From the NCBI GenBank assembly GCA_964019335.1, contig OZ025713.1:124001-188000 (forward strand): a DNA stretch of 64,000 nucleotides. Direction: 5' to 3'. The position numbers and the translations under genes are program-made. Source of the stretch: Diplonema japonicum (lineage: Eukaryota; Protista; Euglenozoa: Diplonemea). Shown here piece after piece: positions 25,093-35,812 of this stretch; the first letter of the stretch is position 1; every line of letters begins with the position of its first letter. Under the pieces are notes generated by a model. The model was given only the letters and a program-made list of their open reading frames with translations. It did no database searches and was not told where the DNA came from.

Positions 25093-25752
25093 AAAGGGTA
25101 AGTTTTTTAGTACGAGTGTGACTCAGAAGTCAGCTGGCGGCAAAAAAAAGATATAAACTTCCAAAAAAACAAAGGGGAATAAATGAATTCTTTTCTTCTT
25201 CTTTTTTTTTTTTTTTTATTCTCCATCTTTACTAACCCTTAGACCCCAATATCTTTTTTTTTTGTTCTTCTGAAACCATTCTTTTTTGAAAAAAGAGCAA
25301 AAAAAATGCCACAGTTCACCAAAAAAAAGGCCCCCGTCAAAATAAGGCTAGAAAGTTTTTTTTTTTTTTTTCTTTATTGAGAGTGCAGGCTTCTATGTTT
25401 CTCATTTCCCCCCCTTTTTTCAATCAGGTTTCACACATAGCTGGCAGTCCTATGGTTAAGAAAAAGAAAGAGCAATAAGAAGAAGAAAAAGAAAAACGAG
25501 CTAGAGTACGAAGAGGAAGGAAGGAAGGAAGAAAACAAAAAGAGAGGGTGCTAAATTTTGGTGCGGATGGGGATGCTCACCTGTTCACGAAAACACAGTC
25601 AAACAAAAATGTTCAAAAAGACTCATTCTTGCAGGGGAAGGAAAAAGAAAAAAGAAAAAAGAAAAAAAAGAAAAACGGGAAAAAAAAGCAAGCACCTTCT
25701 GGCCCAGCTACTTTGGTTACAATTGAGATAAAAAAGTAGCTCTTTAATGTTG

Positions 25753-28700
25753 CTAAATCGCCATCACATTGCGACTGTGCTTCACGAGAAGGCTGGACAC
25801 CCTGCTTACTTTAAGGGGAGGGGTGGTGTTTACAGATCTACTCAGCAGTCGTGGAGTACGACTCCCACGAGGGGACTGCAGCCTCGACGAAGGCTGCTGT
25901 TTTAAATCCATGAAGCTATAGACACTGCCCCCCAGAAGATCATCGTCCATCTGTTCAGAGCTCTCCACAGGGACAAGATTTGAAATGTGAACAGTGCCCG
26001 GGACAGGCTGCAGCTCCTCAATGTTCATCACGTCCTTGTACACACCGTCGTCCTCCTCGATGCTGTTCCCGCAGCACAGGAAGTGCGCCACAAACGACCC
26101 CTTCCTCCCCTTCTCGTCCCAGACACAGTACTCGTCCACCACGAACACCACCAAGTCGATCACGAACTTCAGGAGGATCACATACACAATGACCATCGAG
26201 AGCTGTCCTGCAACACCTGCCGTCCAGTGGTCAGTGGGGTGGCTGCTTCCCAAGGCAACGGTGATGAGGATCGTCACGACCAGCTCCATCCCCACCACAC
26301 AGGTGTCCAGGAAGTTCTCGTAAGGTGCGATGTAAGGACGGAGAAGCAGAACCAGCAGCATCACTCCCAGAATGGTCGCCGTGATCCCCGCCTTCGTCAT
26401 GCACTGGTCTGAGTTCAGGGGTTCCCACGCCGACACAATCCCCATCAGGAAGGTGGTGAGGAGTTCCCAGCACAGGTAGTACCTGAAGATCCCAGGGCGG
26501 TAGGCATCGTACGACAGCCCGTTCAGCCCACACCACACACTGTCCCCCTCCCGCTTCCAAGACACCCACTCCTCCTTTCCCCAGAAGGCCCACTGCAGGA
26601 TCCCCCCTCCAGAGTGGAGTTTGTTCACGAAAGCCCTCCGAGGGACCGTCCTCCCTACTCTCCAAGCGTACGTAGCGAACAGCCCAGGGAACACCGCCAG
26701 GTCCACAGCAGCCAGAACCTTGAACCCCATTGTCGAGTAGAGCAGGGCGGCGAAGCACGACAGCACCGACCCCCCGAACAGGAACTGAATCGGGATGAGC
26801 GACCACCCCACACGTGCCCTTGCAAGGATGTACAGTGTGCTCTCCCCAGGGTGTTTCCATTTCATGAAGGTCACAGCGACCCCTGCTGCGAAGGCGAGGG
26901 CCACCTGCAACACCACGCTCCCGACCAGAGCCCCGTTCACCTGTTTGTTCACATCGTACCCAATAGCCAGCCCCAAGGGGTTCAGTGTCCTGTCCAGTTC
27001 CGTCGTCCCATCAGAGGGACACAGCATCATGCGTTGAACGAAGGATGCCCGCACCAAAGCGGGGCCGGCCGATGCAGAGGCCGGTACAGCAGCAGCCACC
27101 ACTGTCACAGAGGCCGTCGCTGCCGCCGTTGTTCCTTCCAGCTGTTCGTGGTTCGGGAGGGTGTTTTGTTCCCCTTTCATCTGCACTGTCACCTTGCACC
27201 CCACCCCGCACTCACACTCCATCCCGTCAGCAGCACTCCCACACACGAACGAGCCGCTTGCCCCGAAAAGCTCTTCCCTCAGGAGAACGGCCACCACCTC
27301 ACCCTTCCCCTCGAACCCTGTGTAGTTCCCGTCTCGTATCATCAGGTCTACCCCGTCACGACCATTGCTCACCTTCGCCGTTACCGCTTCCTCGTTCTGC
27401 TTGCTGGATGCCACGAACCCCACCCCTGCTGCATCAGGTGCCTTGTCAGTCTCCAGAATCACACACGCCCCCCCACCACAGGTCACAGGGGGTGTTCCCC
27501 CAAGCACCCGGCCACCGCGACCACTGCCACTATTTCCGAAGGTCATGGACCCCCCAGGCCAGATGAGGACCACTGACAAAGGAACCCCGGAACCGTATTC
27601 CAAAAGCCGCCCGAGGAGACGGAAGCGAATGGTCCCTCCGTCCCCTCTGATCACATCCCCAGTGAAGCGCTCCGGATGGATCCTACACTGGAACCTCTTT
27701 CCATCAGGTGAGGCTGTGACAGGAGGGGCCGCTGTGGGAAGTGCTGTGGGAGGGATCGCTGTTGCTGGAGTAGAAGTGGGAGTCTGTGTCGGGGTGAGGG
27801 TGGCGGGTGCTGTTGTGGGAGGTACATCGGTGTTGGGGACGAAGGTGGAGGGGGGCACTGTCGGTGGGGAAGACGTCGGGGGCTGTGTGAGGGGCACCAG
27901 GGTGGGGGGTGCTGAGGTAGGGGGTGCCACCGTTGGTACTGCTGTGTCTGGTGCTGCTGTGGAAGGTGTGAAAGTATTGGGAGCTTTCGTGGGAGGAACT
28001 TGTGTTTCGGGAACGGGCGTGTCAGGTACCTGGGTAGCTGGAGCTTCCGTGTCAGGAGGTCGCGTAGCAGGAGGCTGTGTTTTTGGTGCCAGCGTGTCGG
28101 GGGGTTGAGTGTTTGGTGCTGGCGTGTCAGGAGGCGGCGTGTCGGGAGGCTGCGTTTTGGGTACCGGCGTGTAGGGAGGTTGTGTGTCAGGAGATTGCGT
28201 GTCGGGTGCTGGTGTGCTGGGAGCTTGGGTGTCGGGAGATTGCGTATTGGGTGCTGGTGTGTCAGGAGGCTGTGTGAGTCTGTTTGGAGTTTGCGTGACA
28301 GGAGGCTGCGTTATGGGTGCCGGTGTATCGGGTGCTGGTGTGTCAGGTGCCGGTGTGCCGGGCGCTGGTGTATCAGGTGCCGGTGTGTCGGGTGCTGGTG
28401 TGTCAGGTGCCGGTGTGTCGGGTACTGGTGTGTCAGGCGCCGGTGTGTCGGGCGCTGGTGTGTCGGGTGCTGGTGTATCAGGTGCTGGTGTGTCGGGCGC
28501 CTGTGTGTCGGGTGCCGGTGTGTCGGGCGCTGGTGTATCAGGTGCCGGTGTGTCGGGTGCTGGTGTGTCAGGTGCCGGTGTGTCGGGTACTGGTGTGTCA
28601 GGCGCCGGTGTATCGGGTGCTGGTGTGTCGGGCGCTGGTGTATCGGGCGCCGGTGTATCAGGTGCCGGTGTGTCAGGCGCCGGTGTATCGGGTGCTGGTG

Positions 28701-31002
28701 TGTCGGGCGCTGGTGTATCGGGCGCCGGTGTATCAGGTGCTGGTGTATCGGGTGCAGGTGTGTCGGGTGCCGGTGTGTCGGGCGCTGGTGTATAGGGCGC
28801 CGGTGTATCGGGTGCTGGTGTGTCGGGCGCCGGCGTGTCAGGTGCTGGCGTGTCGGGTGCCGGTGTGTCGGGCGCCGGCGTATCGGGTGCTGGTGTGTCG
28901 GGTGCCGGTGTGTCAGGTGCTGGTGTGTCGGGTGCTGGTGTGTCGGGCGCTGGTGTGTCGGGTGCTGGTGTGTCAGGTGCTGGTGTGTCGGGTGCCGGTG
29001 TGTCGGGCGCCGGTGTGTCGGGTGCTGGTGTGTCAGGTGCTGGTGTGTCGGGTGCCGGTGTGTCAGGTGCTGGTGTGTCGGGTGCTGGTGTGTCGGGCGC
29101 CGGTGTGTCGGGCGCCGGCGTATCGGGTGCTGGTGTGTCGGGTGCCGGTGTGTCAGGTGCTGGTGTGTCGGGTGCCGGTGTGTCGGGCGCCGGCGTATCG
29201 GGTGCCGGTGTGTCAGGTGCTGGTGTGTCAGGTGCTGGTGTGTCGGGCGCCGGTGTGTCGGGTGCCGGTGTGTCAGGTGCTGGTGTGTCGGGTGCTGGTG
29301 TGTCGGGCGCCGGTGTGTCGGGTGCTGGTGTGTCGGGTGCCGGTGTGTCAGGTGCTGGTGTGTCGGGTGCTGGTGTGTCGGGTGCCGGTGTGTCGGGCGC
29401 CGGCGTATCGGGTGCTGGTGTGTCGGGTGCCGGTGTGTCAGGTGCTGGTGTGTCGGGCGCCGGTGTGTCGGGTGCTGGTGTGTCAGGTGCTGGTGTGTCG
29501 GGTGCCGGTGTGTCGGGTGCTGGTGTGTCAGGTGCTGGTGTGTCGGGTGCCGGTGTGTCAGGTGCTGGTGTGTCGGGTGCTGGTGTGTCGGGCGCCGGTG
29601 TGTCGGGCGCCGGCGTATCGGGTGCTGGTGTGTCGGGTGCCGGTGTGTCAGGTGCTGGTGTGTCGGGTGCCGGTGTGTCGGGCGCCGGCGTATCGGGTGC
29701 CGGTGTGTCAGGTGCTGGTGTGTCAGGTGCTGGTGTGTCGGGCGCCGGTGTGTCGGGTGCCGGTGTGTCAGGTGCTGGTGTGTCGGGTGCTGGTGTGTCG
29801 GGCGCCGGTGTGTCGGGTGCTGGTGTGTCGGGTGCCGGTGTGTCAGGTGCTGGTGTGTCGGGTGCTGGTGTGTCGGGTGCCGGTGTGTCGGGCGCCGGCG
29901 TATCGGGTGCTGGTGTGTCGGGTGCCGGTGTGTCAGGTGCTGGTGTGTCGGGCGCCGGTGTGTCGGGTGCTGGTGTGTCAGGTGCTGGTGTGTCGGGTGC
30001 TGGCGTGTCTGGAGCCGATGTGACTGGATCAATTTTAATGACATGCACACCTTCGCTATCGTCTGCGAGGTAGATGTACGGCACGTCAATAACAAGGCTC
30101 TTTGGATTTCCGGGCGTGCCGACCTGCTGCAAGAAGACTGGTTTCTCCCTATCACTGATGTCGATGACGACGAGCCCCGATTGGGAGGGGGCGGGGGCCT
30201 CACACGCTCCGTAGATCATATCGCCGTACGATGCAAGGTCCAAGCAATTCTGGTCGAGCGCAAGCTCGGCAACGATGCTCGGGGCAGTGGGGTCGCTGAT
30301 GTCGATCACGTGGATACCGCCTGTCCAACTTCCATAGGGGCCAGAGCTGACATAAAGATAATCCCCTTGGAAACATATACCTTTCCCGCTGCTCTGGTAT
30401 GGGTGACCGATCTTTGACAAAGCTCTAAAAGAGCTTCCAGTCTGGATGATATCTGTTTGCCCAAAAGAACACGCATAGAGGAGACCCCTCGAAGTGTCGA
30501 TCACAAACCGCCCATTGATGTTCGTCCCGGTACCTAACCACCTAAGAATCTTTGTTGATTCCATCTTAAACCTGCTTAGTCCTCTGGTAACCAACCTGCT
30601 CGAGTAGAATGTGTTTGCGGAGGGGTTCGAAACCAGGAGTTCTGCATATTTATCACGCAATTCCCCTATATACACCATTGGGCTCATCGAAATATCCCAC
30701 GACAGAATAAGTCCGTCTCTAGGATTAGGTAAAAAAAGGGTCTTGCCGTCCGTTGCTGCCAGTCCCCAGGTTTGCGTAGCGTTGTGGATGGCCTCGACCT
30801 GAAAGGGCGCAGTTGGGTCAGAAACATCGATGATTTCAAATGTATTTGCTTGTGTATGCGTTACATATACGAAGTCACCATGCTTCATAATGTGCTCAGC
30901 ACTGGGGGCTTGTATTGTCTTTACTGTCGCGATGATTGAGGCCCAGCTCTCGACTACGAAAAGCAGCAGCGTGATACAGCCTAGCTGCACATTTCCGACC
31001 AT
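25753..31002 (-). CDS. Surface protein 3 with a divergent propeller head and (DTPAP)n stalk, about 1749 aa
   Basis: The first ATG at 31002 (MVGNVQLGCITLLLFVVESWA) gives a signal-like sequence followed by SIIAT as in the paralogues. The track start at 31071 is a GTG. Confidence 0.88.
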   Translation of the reverse strand: MVGNVQLGCITLLLFVVESWASIIATVKTIQAPSAEHIMKHGDFVYVTHTQANTFEIIDVSDPTAPFQVEAIHNATQTWGLAATDGKTLFLPNPRDGLILSWDISMSPMVYIGELRDKYAELLVSNPSANTFYSSRLVTRGLSRFKMESTKILRWLGTGTNINGRFVIDTSRGLLYACSFGQTDIIQTGSSFRALSKIGHPYQSSGKGICFQGDYLYVSSGPYGSWTGGIHVIDISDPTAPSIVAELALDQNCLDLASYGDMIYGACEAPAPSQSGLVVIDISDREKPVFLQQVGTPGNPKSLVIDVPYIYLADDSEGVHVIKIDPVTSAPDTPAPDTPAPDTPAPDTPAPDTPAPDTPAPDTPAPDTPAPDTPAPDTPAPDTPAPDTPAPDTPAPDTPAPDTPAPDTPAPDTPAPDTPAPDTPAPDTPAPDTPAPDTPAPDTPAPDTPAPDTPAPDTPAPDTPAPDTPAPDTPAPDTPAPDTPAPDTPAPDTPAPDTPAPDTPAPDTPAPDTPAPDTPAPDTPAPDTPAPDTPAPDTPAPDTPAPDTPAPDTPAPDTPAPDTPAPDTPAPDTPAPDTPAPDTPAPDTPAPDTPAPDTPAPDTPAPDTPAPDTPAPDTPAPDTPAPDTPAPDTPAPDTPAPDTPAPDTPAPDTPAPDTPAPDTPAPDTPAPDTPAPDTPAPDTPAPDTPAPDTPAPDTPAPDTPAPDTPAPDTPAPDTPAPDTPAPDTPAPDTPAPYTPAPDTPAPDTPAPDTPAPDTPAPDTPAPDTPAPDTPAPDTPAPDTPAPDTPAPDTPAPDTPAPDTPVPDTPAPDTPAPDTPAPDTPAPDTPAPDTQAPDTPAPDTPAPDTPAPDTPAPDTPVPDTPAPDTPAPDTPAPDTPAPGTPAPDTPAPDTPAPITQPPVTQTPNRLTQPPDTPAPNTQSPDTQAPSTPAPDTQSPDTQPPYTPVPKTQPPDTPPPDTPAPNTQPPDTLAPKTQPPATRPPDTEAPATQVPDTPVPETQVPPTKAPNTFTPSTAAPDTAVPTVAPPTSAPPTLVPLTQPPTSSPPTVPPSTFVPNTDVPPTTAPATLTPTQTPTSTPATAIPPTALPTAAPPVTASPDGKRFQCRIHPERFTGDVIRGDGGTIRFRLLGRLLEYGSGVPLSVVLIWPGGSMTFGNSGSGRGGRVLGGTPPVTCGGGACVILETDKAPDAAGVGFVASSKQNEEAVTAKVSNGRDGVDLMIRDGNYTGFEGKGEVVAVLLREELFGASGSFVCGSAADGMECECGVGCKVTVQMKGEQNTLPNHEQLEGTTAAATASVTVVAAAVPASASAGPALVRASFVQRMMLCPSDGTTELDRTLNPLGLAIGYDVNKQVNGALVGSVVLQVALAFAAGVAVTFMKWKHPGESTLYILARARVGWSLIPIQFLFGGSVLSCFAALLYSTMGFKVLAAVDLAVFPGLFATYAWRVGRTVPRRAFVNKLHSGGGILQWAFWGKEEWVSWKREGDSVWCGLNGLSYDAYRPGIFRYYLCWELLTTFLMGIVSAWEPLNSDQCMTKAGITATILGVMLLVLLLRPYIAPYENFLDTCVVGMELVVTILITVALGSSHPTDHWTAGVAGQLSMVIVYVILLKFVIDLVVFVVDEYCVWDEKGRKGSFVAHFLCCGNSIEEDDGVYKDVMNIEELQPVPGTVHISNLVPVESSEQMDDDLLGGSVYSFMDLKQQPSSRLQSPRGSRTPRLLSRSVNTTPPLKVSRVSSLLVKHSRNVMAI
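28321..30010 (-). repeat. Coding 15-bp minisatellite (about 110 x DTPAP) with a 495-bp higher-order duplication
   Basis: Unit GGTGCTGGTGTGTCG with synonymous variants. The variant pattern at 29101 recurs at 29596, and 29401 at 29896. Confidence 0.92.
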
Positions 31003-31396
31003 GTAACCTATAATAGTCAAGAAAGAAGAATAAAAAAGAATAATACAATAAAAGTGCCATTCCAGCTTCACCCCGGCGCAGGGAGCTGACGAGCACGGCT
31101 TTGTATTCTGTCACGTTTCATCCCTCTCTTTGCCCTTTTGCTAGCACCTTTACAGGGAAGCTCAAGAGGAGGAGTGGATGGGGTGGGGGTAAGAAAATAT
31201 AAGGGACTTTATTGGCATTCTTTTTTTTTTTTTTTTTTTTTTTAAAACTTTAATCTGATCTGTTCAAAATCTGCTCAAAAAAAAAGCCAAGCATGTGAAG
31301 AAAAAAAAAATGAATAGATTGGGCCCTTCTTTTTTTCCCTTTATTTTTCTTCTTTATCATTGGTATTCACAAAAAGAAAAAAGAAAAAAAAAAAAA

Positions 31397-31535
31397 ATAT
31401 GAGTTAAAGGAAGTCTTTGTGAGACGCCCCCTTGTTCTCATCTTCTACCTGCACCTATCCCTTTCAGCAGCGGTCTCTCCTCCTTTGGTGGTCTTGCCGG
31501 CCTTCTCCCCAGCCTGGCCGCTGGGCTTCGATGAA
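31397..31535 (-). repeat. Dispersed repeat anchored at ATATGAGTTAAAGGA (long copy; near-identical copy at 46895-47020)
   Basis: The anchor or a close variant recurs at about 1200, 4341, 16884, 16938, 24469, 35891, 39953, 46895, 47583 and 60725, followed by a few body types. Likely retroposon termini. Confidence 0.8.
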
Positions 31536-32442
31536 GAAAAAAACACAATTTTACACCTGCCCGCTTTGCAGCCAATCCAAATTGCCATATGTTTACTGCA
31601 GAAAAGAAGAATGCAGAAAAGAACGGCCATAGACAAAAGAAGGGAAAAAAAACTATCCTTTTAAGGTATGCGTTTTTGCGCTCACCGGCCGAGCTGCGCT
31701 TAGTCCCCGTTGTGGTGACAAGGACGGCAAAACGTTCAAACGGCTTTGCAATGCATACCAGATCCTTTCCGACCCGAGAGAGGCTCACAAGTTCTTCACT
31801 GGAAGAAAAAGAAGGGGAGTGGGGAGGGGGGGGGGGGGGGGGGGAGGAAATGAACAAAGGGTAAGGTATATTATATTGGAGAAATAAAAGGAGGTGGCCG
31901 TGCACAAATACTGTCTACTTCATTACAGGGCGAACATCTCGACCGAGCTGTTGCTTCTTCTGCTTAATGCGTGCGGTACAGCTCATCCCATTTAAAAAAA
32001 AGAAAACAAGTAAGTTCGGGGCAATAAAGGTGAGATCGAGGAACATCGACCAAAGAGCGGAGAAAAAGCATGAATGTCTAAGTTTCTTTACTCTAGGGCA
32101 TCTTTCTTTTTTTTCTTTCTCCTCTTCTTTTGAAAATTTTTTTATTGTTCAAAAGAAATTCGACACAAATCGATTACTTCTTGTTCACATAGGGAGTGCA
32201 AGGGGGATATTTAAAATAAAAAGATTGGGCGGGGCAGTTTGAACCGTACAAGTCGTTTTCACCTGAAGCAGGGACCGAAAAACAGACGAGCCGCCTTTGT
32301 ACAATGGGGCTTTCCGCGGGTTCGAAAAATTCCTGTTCTTGGGTTCTCGCCAAAGTTTAGACCGCCGGTTTTGGTTCCACGTAGGTGCTGGGTGGAGTCT
32401 GCAGATGCACCACGTACTTCCCACCGTTGTGCTCCCAACGCT

Positions 32443-35400
32443 TTATTCTGTCTTGTTGTTTTGTGTCACGTCACCGTCGCTGAGAGCCTTCTTCACATCA
32501 GCTTTTCCTTCCGTGATGAGGATGTGTAATGCGTCGGTGTTTCCATTCTCGGTAGCTATGCAACACGGGGTAGTACCATCTTCTCTTGCCTTGTTCACAT
32601 CAGCCTTTCCTTCCGTGATGAGAATGCGTAATGCATCGGCGTGACCGCATCGAACCGCCATGTAACACGGGGTAGTACCATCTTCTCTTGCCTTGTTCAC
32701 ATCAGCCTTTCCTTCCCTGATGAGAATGCGCAATTCGTCGGTGTGACCCTGTTGAGCCGCTATGAAACACGGGGTAGCACCGTCGTCGTTGGCCTTGTTC
32801 ACATCAGCCTTTCCTTCCCTGATGAGAATGCGTAATGCATCGGCGTGACCGTTTTGAACCGCCATGTAACACGGGGTAGTACCGTCGTCGTAGGCCTTGT
32901 GCACATCAGCCTTTCCTTCCGTGATGAGGATGCGTAATGCATCGGCATGTCCATTCTGAGCCGCCTTGTAACACGGGGTAGTACCATCTTCTCTTGCCTT
33001 GTTCACATCAGCCTTTCCTTCCCTGATGAGAATGCGCAATTCGTCGGTGTGACCCTGTTGAGCCGCTATGAAACACGGGGTAGCACCGTCGTCGTTGGCC
33101 TTGTTCACATCAGCCTTTCCTTCCGTGATGAGGATGCGTAATGCATCGGCATGTCCATTCTGAGCCGCCTTGTAACACGGGGTAACACCATTCTCCTTGG
33201 CCTTGTTCACATCAGCCTTCCCTTCCGTGATGAGGATGCGTAATGCATCGGTGTGTCCAATCTGAGCCGCCATGGAACACGGGGTAGTACCATTATCTCT
33301 CGCCTTATTGACATCAGCTTTTCCTTCTGTGATGAGGATGCGTAATACGTCAGCGTGTCCATCCTGAGCCGCCATGTAACACGGGGTAGTACCGTCGTCT
33401 TCGGCCTTGTTCACATCAGCTTTTCCCTCCGTGATGAGGATGCGTAATGCATCGGCATGTCCATTCTGAGCCGCCCTGTAACACGGGGTAATACCATTCT
33501 CCTTGGCCTTGTTCACATCAGCCTTCCCTTCCGTGATGAGGATGCGTAATGCATCGGTGTGTCCACTCTGAGCCGCCATGGAACACGGGGTAGTACCATT
33601 ATCTCTCGCCTTATTGACATCAGCTTTTCCTTCCGTGATGAGGATGCGTAATGCATCGGCATGTCCATTCCGAGCCGCCTTGTAACAAGGGGTACAACTC
33701 TCGTTATTGGCCTTGTTCACATCAGCTTCGCCTTCCGTGATGAGGATGTGTAATGCGTTGGCGTGTCCGTTTTGAGCCGCCATTAAGCAAGGGGTAGAAC
33801 TCTCGTTGTTGGCCTTGTTCACATCAACCTTTCCTTCAGTGATGAGGATGCGCAATGCGTCCACGCAGTCGTGTTCAGCGGCGACAGAGCACGCAGTCCT
33901 GCCAGACGCATCCACCGTATCCGCCGCCAGACTCCCAGAGAGGAGGACATCCTTCAGAAGGTCAGAACGATTCCTTGCCGCCGCCGCATGAAGCACTGTC
34001 CACCCTTTACGCGGTCCCTCTTCCTTGTTCGTTCCCCAGAACCTGTCGCCGAGCACCTGAACCACCTTGTCGAACACAGCCCGCCTGCAAGAACACGCAA
34101 GAAGCCCGACACCTGCTGTGTGAAGCTCATCTGGTACCCCAGCAAGTTCCGCCCCCTTGCTCAGCAGAACTGCCGCACTGTTCTCGTGGCTCCCGTTCTT
34201 GTTCATCCGCAACACTGCTGCGAGCGAAGAGTTCAGAGCCTCAGAGTGAGCGGCGGGTGCAAGGTTGGCACAGCACAGCGACACCACCTGCTCGTTGTGC
34301 TCCAACTCTGCCGCCGCCTGAAGAACTGTCTTCCCGTCCACAACAGGCATTGCCGTGCTGAGCGGGTAGCCTACAAACTTTCCTTCACCCGTCACCGGAT
34401 GGAGTTCAAAGCGTCTATCTATCGTGAGCTTCGTCTTGATCGTATCGATGAGCTTCGCGTTGCGGACACGCTCCACCTGTGTCATGACGTCTTCAAGCCT
34501 GCCCCAGTGATCGAAGTCGATTTCCTGCAGCTCCACCACCACCACGCGACGCATGCTTGTGTCGAGAGCCACCTCCAGCAGACGCATCACACCGATGTCA
34601 GGGCGCCCCACCACCCGGAACTGGGTGTTCGCTGAGATCAGAACCTCCTTCTCCTCGGGGAAGCGGCTGAACCGAGCGATGCTCCGCCCAGTCTTAACAC
34701 GCAGAATGAGGATCGTCCCCTGAACTTCTTCGTTGTTGTCTCCACCGCCGCCGCCGCCGCCGCCGCCGCTACCCTTCCCAAGGAAGTCCTTCACCACCTC
34801 AGGGTTCTCACTTGCACTCGTGGGGTGAGGCATCGTCACCACCGCCCCCACAGAGTACAGCGACTCACTCACCCGGAAGTCCATTGCACGGAACACGGTC
34901 CCCTCGTACTTCGGCTGCGACACCATTGCTCGGTGCAGGGAATAGGCGAAGTCCTTCATCGGCTCGTAGCGCTCCCGCTCCCCACGGAACGCCACCTCAC
35001 GCATCGCCGCGTTCACCTCGTAGCACAAGGGGCTCTCCAGAGTGTACAGCCGAAGGTACGGCTCCGACTTCCCCTCCACCTGCTGCACCGCCCACTTCGC
35101 AGTCATCGCCTGGAACACCCCACCAGCTGCTCGCTGTCCCGGCTCCAGCTTCCCACACTTCGCAAGGTGCCGCTCCTTGTTCCCCGCATTCAGCGCAGTC
35201 CCACACGCAGCACACGTCACATACCCAGAGCACTCCCTCCCCATCGCAGCCTCCACCGTCGCCAGCATCTGTCTTGCACACGACCCACCTTTGAAGAACT
35301 CGCTCCACCCTCGGTCCACGTCGATCTCGCCGACCCCATCGCTGTACCGGCTCACCACTCCCTTGCTCGCTGCCACCACCCCTCCTCCACTCACCTTTTT

Positions 35401-35812
35401 TTATTTTTTATTATTTTTATTTATTTTATTATTTTTTTACGCTTCGTACCTTGAACGCTTTCACCGCCTGCTGCAGCTCTTTACGTGCCTCCGACACCAG
35501 TGATGACACGCAGTCCCCCACACCGCGCTCCTTGTTGCGCTTCAGGAACTTCTGCATCACAGCAATCACGTTGTGGCACAGTGCGTCGTGCCACTTCCCA
35601 AGCGCCGTGTCCAGCTCCACCTCCAGCTCCCTTCTTCCTGTCTCCACAACTGGCGTGGTGGTGGTTGTGGTTGTACCCCCCACCCTGCTCGCCAACTGTC
35701 CACGCAGCTGCTCCACCGCTTCCCACGCTATTTTTACAGCTCCCTCTCCTGCTGGAGGAGGCGACGTCAGGGCCTTCGCAGCCTGCACACCAGATCCCGC
35801 TGTTGTTGTCAT
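32443..35812 (-). CDS. ADP-ribosyltransferase-ankyrin protein, copy 2 (intact); join(35450..35812,32443..35394), 1104 aa
   Basis: Helical N-terminus, then CAAC-x10-H-x3-C, then an ART domain (LYTLES.LCYEVNAAMR, VFRAM, PTSAS, SIARFSRFPEEKEVL...FRVV), then 13 near-identical 34-aa TPC ankyrin repeats. Phase-0 intron. Confidence 0.9.
35395..35449 (-). other. 55-nt A-rich GT-AG intron
   Basis: TTCAAG|GTACGAAGCGT(A/TA-rich)AG|GTGAGT joins the 121-codon exon 1 in frame to the 983-aa ORF. Confidence 0.85.

Noticed and set aside
28000-30417. Long alternative-frame ORFs (805, 630, 568 and 417 aa; Cys/Arg, His or Gly/Val rich)
   Set aside because: Shadows of the stop-free 15-bp DTPAP repeat. The same applies to the GV-rich plus-strand ORFs opposite the other stalks.
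32460-33860. 102-bp repeats with constant and variable parts resembling a CRISPR array
   Set aside because: In-frame ankyrin coding repeats; the variable parts are homologous codons, not unique spacers, and no cas genes are present.
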